Positions 27,323-32,309 of a DNA stretch of 32,309 nt are shown one piece after another (within the stretch, counting starts at the first letter, position 1; each line of letters begins with the position of its first letter). The notes under the pieces are model-generated. The model ran no database searches and was not told the origin of the DNA. It saw only the letters and a list, made by a program, of their open reading frames with translations. Location: positions 1 through 32,309 of the forward strand of contig JBGCDR010000134.1 in NCBI GenBank assembly GCA_045105515.1, read 5' to 3'. The position numbers were made by a program, and so were the translations under genes. This DNA comes from Oligoflexales bacterium (GTDB lineage Bacteria > Bdellovibrionota_B > Oligoflexia > Oligoflexales > Bog-1112).

Positions 27323-28451
27323 ACTTGTAAGCAATTGCAGCTCGTTGTCTTAGTTTTTGCTTTGCTTTGATGACTTTTTTAACCGTCCTCTTTGCCGCTG
27401 TGAATTCACAGATCTCAATGTCAGGCCGCTCAAAAGTTTCCCCATTTAATGTAAATTCGTCATTAGTGTAATTGAGAATAAACTCAAGAGTGATAGGCTC
27501 ACCATCTTTTTCGGACACAATGCTACCAGATATTAATCCTGACACAGGGTCGCAATCAAAATCTCTCTCGAACTTAACCATGTCAAAACTGAGGGTGATG
27601 GTTTTTTCCGGGCTTGTTCCTACAGTTGTTCCTGTTTCAATTGTCTTGTTTAACCATTTTTTATTAGAGTCAAAGCTAACGCTGACTACCAATGAACCAT
27701 CTGAGTCAGCTTCGTCTTTTGCTGAAGAACCGGTCTTAATGGAAAATTCTAATTGATTTGGATCTACTTCACCTTCTTTTTGAGGTTTAGTAACCAAGGT
27801 CTTTAGGTCCATAGACACAGTCTTTGAGTGAGTAATGACACCCTCCAGCTCAGTGACTGAGTTCCATGAGATGTTTCTCGTGCCGGATGTATCACGACTA
27901 TGCACATAATTTATCAAATTTCCGTCGACGTCTTTTTTACTTAGAGTACGGGTGAAACCCCTGTTTAGTAATTTTGTCTCTAATTTTACTCCATCAAAGT
28001 CAGAAAGGGCTAATGCAATGTGTGTTTGATTGTCGTTACATGGTACAATTTCACCATCTTTGGTCCAAGTACGGTTCATATTTATTCCAATTATTGATTG
28101 TCCAGAATTCCCATTACCTTTAACAAACGACCTCGAGTGCTCTCTTGATATACTTACTGTTGTTGTACCACCGGCTTCCGTAGCGGACTCACAGTTTCTT
28201 TCTACTGAAGTATCGCTTTCGAGCGAAGCTGTTAGCATGAGTCCGAGACTTGAATCTAAGCCAAGGTCGTTAGAAATAGATGAGAATGCTTCCTCAGTTT
28301 GAGTTTCAATATCAGTTTTTTCGCTATCATCTGCCAAAAAGAGTATCTCCGGATTGAGATCTTGTTCATTTTCGCTTGTAACATTTTTTCCACCGCAAGC
28401 AATAATCATGGTTGATAGAGTCATAAGCCCTAGTCTGTAAGTAAATTTCAT
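27312..28451 (-). CDS. Hypothetical lipoprotein, Ser/Thr-rich and beta-strand-like
   Basis: MKFTYRLGLMTLSTMIIA-C lipobox followed by GGK; SD AGGAG. Confidence 0.85.
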   Translation of the reverse strand: MKFTYRLGLMTLSTMIIACGGKNVTSENEQDLNPEILFLADDSEKTDIETQTEEAFSSISNDLGLDSSLGLMLTASLESDTSVERNCESATEAGGTTTVSISREHSRSFVKGNGNSGQSIIGINMNRTWTKDGEIVPCNDNQTHIALALSDFDGVKLETKLLNRGFTRTLSKKDVDGNLINYVHSRDTSGTRNISWNSVTELEGVITHSKTVSMDLKTLVTKPQKEGEVDPNQLEFSIKTGSSAKDEADSDGSLVVSVSFDSNKKWLNKTIETGTTVGTSPEKTITLSFDMVKFERDFDCDPVSGLISGSIVSEKDGEPITLEFILNYTNDEFTLNGETFERPDIEICEFTAAKRTVKKVIKAKQKLRQRAAIAYKSIL

Positions 28452-28515
28452 TGTTTTCTCCTAGTTTAATTCTTATACTATCTGAATGTTTTTCTTCCCG
28501 TTGAACATATATATC

Positions 28516-28542
28516 TTATCGGTATTTTTTTTGATTTATTTA
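28516..28542 (-). promoter_or_regulatory. Putative sigma28 promoter for the lipoprotein gene
   Basis: Minus strand TAAA(28542-28539)-N15-ACCGATAA(28523-28516): 11/12 match to consensus with exact spacing. Confidence 0.75.
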
Positions 28543-28553
28543 GATATAAATGA

Positions 28554-28651
28554 TTAAAAAATGCATCTTTTATAAATTGCTTAACAATCTAATAATAAAT
28601 CAAAATATAATTTTTATAAAAGAAAATAATCTTAAAAAATGCATCTTTTAT
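28554..28651. repeat. Exact 20-bp direct repeat of a near-palindrome (candidate operator pair)
   Basis: TTAAAAAATGCATCTTTTAT at 28554-28573 and 28632-28651. Confidence 0.8.
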
Positions 28652-28972
28652 GTTGAGGTCATCGATACTAAGACGCCTTACCTGCTTATAGCATTATTTC
28701 TAGTTTCAAAGTTGAACCTTGGTTAAAGGGGGGAGTGACGATAGGATACGTGAATTTTAGGAATTAGGCTATTGTTAGCCTGTCAATTAAATCATGATAT
28801 TTTGGTTTGCTAGCTGTTTCTTATTGCCTTAATATGCTGTATATTCGTAGATGTGGGAGAGAGATACTAATGATCGTTCCGTCTTCGTTTTCAAGATAAA
28901 ATATCCCAGGAAAAAAATTTTTATTTGAACACTAACCACTAAAATCTACAATATCAAGGAGGATCGTATTAT

Positions 28973-31429
28973 ATGGTGTCGTTTTTTAGAATGTTCAATT
29001 TTAGTGTATCCATTCTATTCATTTTCCTTCATATCGGAACTAAAGATTTCTCAATAGCCGGACCAATTGAAAAAGGACATTTAACTAATGGTGATGATGG
29101 CAGTCAAATTAGGAGGCACTATGGCTACCTATATTGGGAAAATGGATCACCCCAAAAAAATATTTCCCGTCGTCCCAAGTCTTGGGTAAATCCTGAAATG
29201 GCTAAAAATCCAGACATAGTTTTTCAGACAGGATATTATAATGTTCGCTTTGAAACCGATACTCTACAATTGAGTGGATATGAGTCATCACCTGGAAGTG
29301 ATTATTTAGCGGCTCTGACTGAAGATGTTTCATTTTTACCTGATCATGAGGCTAAGCTGAGCCTAACTGTCAAGGTAGACCAAGGTGACGAAGTAGTTGA
29401 ATATTCGGCTAGTTCTGGAATTGTTGAATCGGCAACAAATCTAAATGTACGACTCATAGAAAACGGAAGATTTGTGCAAAGAATAGATCATACCGGTCTT
29501 GTCTTTGAAAATTCACAAGGTGATATCTTGCCTGAAAGTGGATTTTTTGAAATTACATCTTGGCCTAAGCAGATGGTATTAACTTTTGATTTTTCTAAAA
29601 CTTCGCTTCCAGTGGTAGGACTTGGAATCAAATTACTTACACCTGGAGGAAAGACTCATTTAGTTACAGAAAATAAAAACAAAATCAGTCTAGTTATTGA
29701 ACCGGCCACGGATTCTGCATTAGGAATTCCTGATTTTTTTGTATCCCAGGCCTACGAACAGAGTACTAAAATTCCTTTAGATGTGGAGTTTGACAGTGGG
29801 TATCATGCTTTTCGTCTAGATATTCCCTCTCATGATGATGGTGATCATGATAAGCTTGATGAGTTTGTCTTTGAAATTAATAACAGTGGGTCTAAACCCC
29901 AAGATATACCAATCGTTTTTAATCAGCTTGGAGGGTTTGATAGGATATCGGGGATGGTAATGTCACTTGTGGAACTAGACGGTAGCCCCAGTGGGATTCC
30001 TATACAGATTTCAAAAAACTGGCATAAAAAATATCCAGTCAAACATGCTGGAACCTGGCTACGTGGGTCTACTGTCATCAGTGTTGATGGGAATAGTAAA
30101 AGAAAATTGATACTGAGACTTATACGTGGATATTGGGATCAGGCAGCTACAGCATCACATGCCCAACTTTCCCTGATAGGTTGGAACAAATACTCATGGA
30201 AATGGGATGAATCAGCTTTAGGAGCCTGGGGAGAATCAATGACCTTCGATCCCGGTCAAACTATTGCGGGAGCATTTATAGCTGATATTAGACCTACGTT
30301 TACAAGCCCTACTAATGGCAGTGCAGATCATGGATGGACTGAAAATGTGGGAGGTGGGGATTTTCTTAAATATTTTGATCAAAAAGGCAAATATCGTTGG
30401 GCTAAAAAGCTGAAAACAGCTTATCACTGGACAGGGCCAAATATGACTGAAGTTTTGTATAGTGGTATTAGCGACAATGACAGTATCAAATTTGTATACA
30501 AAACCCAGCTGGTTAGGTGCAATGACTATCATCGTAGGTTCAATCACTTTAGATATGAATTTTTGAAGAATGTAAGTCCTAGAAGATTAGTTTTTTATCA
30601 AATGGCTTCGGACTATTATTTATTGCCACAATTTGTTAGCGCTCATTGGGGAAATGAGGCAGACTCATACATCTTAAGTCCATATCATGGTGGAAATTTA
30701 TATACGCAAAAGTTTCCGTTCAAAAATCAGTGGATTTCAATTAATGACCTTATTTCAGGAAAAAACAATGCGAATTCAAACCGTGGAATAATTTGGAGAA
30801 ATTCTCAAATGAATGGGCTAGATTATAAGCTTTATGCTCATGTTTACGGGAGGGCATGGGGAAGAGATACAAGCCTTTTCGATATTAGCGGCCAATCTAC
30901 TAGTCAGGAATACTACGCAGGAAATGTGATTGAAGGAGAAATAGAGTACATAATGCCAGCAAAGTCGAATAACTATTACTGGGGAAATGATACTCATTTT
31001 TCTCGACGCTTGAGTCAGTCCTCTAAGGCGTGGATGCTGACTCAGCAAGAGTTTATTTATAATGATTTCAAGGCTTCAGTAAGTGGAGGTAAAATTTTAA
31101 ATCACTATCCGGTAGAAATTGAATCAAAAGGTGAAAAGTTAGATATACAGATTGTAATTCCTGCTTCAAAAGGCATAGGTCATATACCAATAATTTTACG
31201 AGATGTGGATGCTAACAAAATTATTTATGCACATATTATCGCCGATGAGGGATGGGTTCCTGCTGCCGAGGATTACAGCAATTATGGAAAACATGCTTAT
31301 TATCAGGCTTATCTTAATGCAAATGGTATGAAAGATTATGCTTTTAACATCGCTCGTCCTGACTTTTATTCATTTAATAAGCCACTGATTATAAGAATTT
31401 CCGAAGAAAAACTCTACAATCAGCCCTGA
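28973..31429 (+). CDS. Large, probably secreted hypothetical protein (818 aa), aromatic- and Gly-rich
   Basis: Long ORF, SD AGGAGG, hydrophobic N-terminus (FNFSVSILFIFLHIG), many W/Y/G-rich motif-like blocks. Confidence 0.85.
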   Translation: MVSFFRMFNFSVSILFIFLHIGTKDFSIAGPIEKGHLTNGDDGSQIRRHYGYLYWENGSPQKNISRRPKSWVNPEMAKNPDIVFQTGYYNVRFETDTLQLSGYESSPGSDYLAALTEDVSFLPDHEAKLSLTVKVDQGDEVVEYSASSGIVESATNLNVRLIENGRFVQRIDHTGLVFENSQGDILPESGFFEITSWPKQMVLTFDFSKTSLPVVGLGIKLLTPGGKTHLVTENKNKISLVIEPATDSALGIPDFFVSQAYEQSTKIPLDVEFDSGYHAFRLDIPSHDDGDHDKLDEFVFEINNSGSKPQDIPIVFNQLGGFDRISGMVMSLVELDGSPSGIPIQISKNWHKKYPVKHAGTWLRGSTVISVDGNSKRKLILRLIRGYWDQAATASHAQLSLIGWNKYSWKWDESALGAWGESMTFDPGQTIAGAFIADIRPTFTSPTNGSADHGWTENVGGGDFLKYFDQKGKYRWAKKLKTAYHWTGPNMTEVLYSGISDNDSIKFVYKTQLVRCNDYHRRFNHFRYEFLKNVSPRRLVFYQMASDYYLLPQFVSAHWGNEADSYILSPYHGGNLYTQKFPFKNQWISINDLISGKNNANSNRGIIWRNSQMNGLDYKLYAHVYGRAWGRDTSLFDISGQSTSQEYYAGNVIEGEIEYIMPAKSNNYYWGNDTHFSRRLSQSSKAWMLTQQEFIYNDFKASVSGGKILNHYPVEIESKGEKLDIQIVIPASKGIGHIPIILRDVDANKIIYAHIIADEGWVPAAEDYSNYGKHAYYQAYLNANGMKDYAFNIARPDFYSFNKPLIIRISEEKLYNQP

Positions 31430-31449
31430 ATTTACCCTAGCTATGGCGA

Positions 31450-31629
31450 CTAGGTTTGCTGACTTTCCTTCAAATTGTCTAACTCTTTTTGAAGTTTTTC
31501 AACTTCTTCAATCTTGCCACTATACCCTCTAATATTTCCATTCCTTTGCAGGCTTACTGCTTGTTCGTAAGTCTTCTTAATTTCTGACTCTATCTTTTTG
31601 ATGGGATCAGTTTTTAGCCATTTAAACAT
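31450..31629 (-). CDS. Small DUF6435-like coiled-coil protein (59 aa)
   Basis: MFKWLKTDPIKK...YEQAVSLQRNGNIRGYS...E matches the DP.KKL...A...QRNGD.R.Y pattern I recall for this family. ATG at 31629 follows GGAGG. Confidence 0.75.
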   Translation of the reverse strand: MFKWLKTDPIKKIESEIKKTYEQAVSLQRNGNIRGYSGKIEEVEKLQKELDNLKESQQT

Positions 31630-31896
31630 GCTTACCTCCAATGTCTTCGTTAGTATACGGAGGTTTATCATTTGTGGTTGGTTATTATGACTATCTTGGC
31701 TTTATATGTTCTATTTTGCCCTGGTCCTAGTAGCTTAGGTGTACCCATTGATGGTACATTCATTGATCAGCCTATCTTGAGTCGTACAAGGTTTCAAAGT
31801 ATCTTCTCAATCTAGTGACTTTCAAAATATTTGTGTAACATTACATATTTTAACCTGCTGATATAAAGATAAGATATCACTGTAGTTGAGATTTAT

Positions 31897-31923
31897 TAAG
31901 AATTTACTAGCCAATCCCGACAT
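31897..31923 (+). promoter_or_regulatory. Putative sigma28 promoter for the last ORF
   Basis: TAAG(31897-31900)-N15-CCCGACAT(31916-31923), ~35 nt before the ATG at 31959. Confidence 0.5.
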
Positions 31924-31958
31924 TATTAGGAAAGCCGTTTACGTCAGGGTTGGATTCC

Positions 31959-32237
31959 ATGTTAAGACATATTTTACTTATTCTGGTTTCAAATTTGTTT
32001 GTTTTCTGCTCATCTGAGACAGATAACATGATATCTGCCAGCATTGCAAGCAAATTTGGAGATGAGGATGAGGAAGGAGAAGAGGAAATAACAGCAGTTC
32101 CCCCGACTGTTATTTCAGGTGCGCATTTAGTTTGCTTACCGAAGTTTAAAGATGAAAATTCACAAACTATTAGGCGGATTGCTAGATTAAGTGCAGAAGA
32201 AAAAATTCCATCGCTTCGGAAGGCGGATTTAGTTTAG
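31959..32237 (+). CDS. Short putative lipoprotein, possibly truncated or frameshifted
   Basis: Signal-like MLRHILLILVSNLFVF-C-SS, an acidic linker DEDEEGEEE, then VPPTVISGAHLVC; ends soon after. Confidence 0.5.
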   Translation: MLRHILLILVSNLFVFCSSETDNMISASIASKFGDEDEEGEEEITAVPPTVISGAHLVCLPKFKDENSQTIRRIARLSAEEKIPSLRKADLV

Positions 32238-32309
32238 TCTATGAGGCTAATCTGCTTGCAAGAAAGGGGTATTTATGTCTGCCAATCTCACTTATGAGCA
32301 AAGGTATGA

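Noticed and set aside
28554..28651. Direct repeat as a CRISPR array or transposon ends
   Set aside because: Only two 20-bp copies, a 58-bp spacer, and no cas or transposase gene in the window.
2142..31048. Many 60-140 aa ORFs in the track that overlap the called genes (e.g. 2142-2351, 3799-4086, 5986-6237, 10149-10457, 19893-20306, 25121-25423, 30236-30547)
   Set aside because: They are antisense or off-frame shadows of well-supported genes, with no motifs or SD evidence.

Overview
A 32.3-kb bacterial chromosomal window; no rRNA, tRNA, CRISPR array, transposase or integrase was seen. The left and middle parts hold housekeeping genes: tig-clpP-clpX-lon, an lpdA + 2-oxoacid dehydrogenase E2 pair with no E1, engB divergent from mutL-miaA, a divergent prs, and cmoA-cmoB. 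Between them sit orphan signalling genes: a REC-HisKA-HATPase-REC hybrid kinase, a Cys-motif PAS kinase, an Hpt-REC protein and a Cys-rich HDOD protein. There is also an orphan family-5 ABC solute-binding protein and a stand-alone integrase-repeat protein. The right third is accessory: a 782-aa protein with an internal ~130-aa repeat, lipoproteins, an 818-aa secreted unknown and a DUF6435-like protein. The strongest non-coding signals are (i) sigma28/FliA-type promoters (TAA[AGT]-N15-nCCGA[TC]nn) in front of non-flagellar genes, two with an IHF-like site at nearly the same distance upstream, and (ii) an exact 20-bp near-palindromic direct repeat beside one of them. Gene content and this regulon suggest a Bdellovibrionota/Oligoflexia-like or other delta-type organism (inference only). 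Several starts were moved from the ORF track using Shine-Dalgarno evidence. All motif positions were read by eye; no searches were run.
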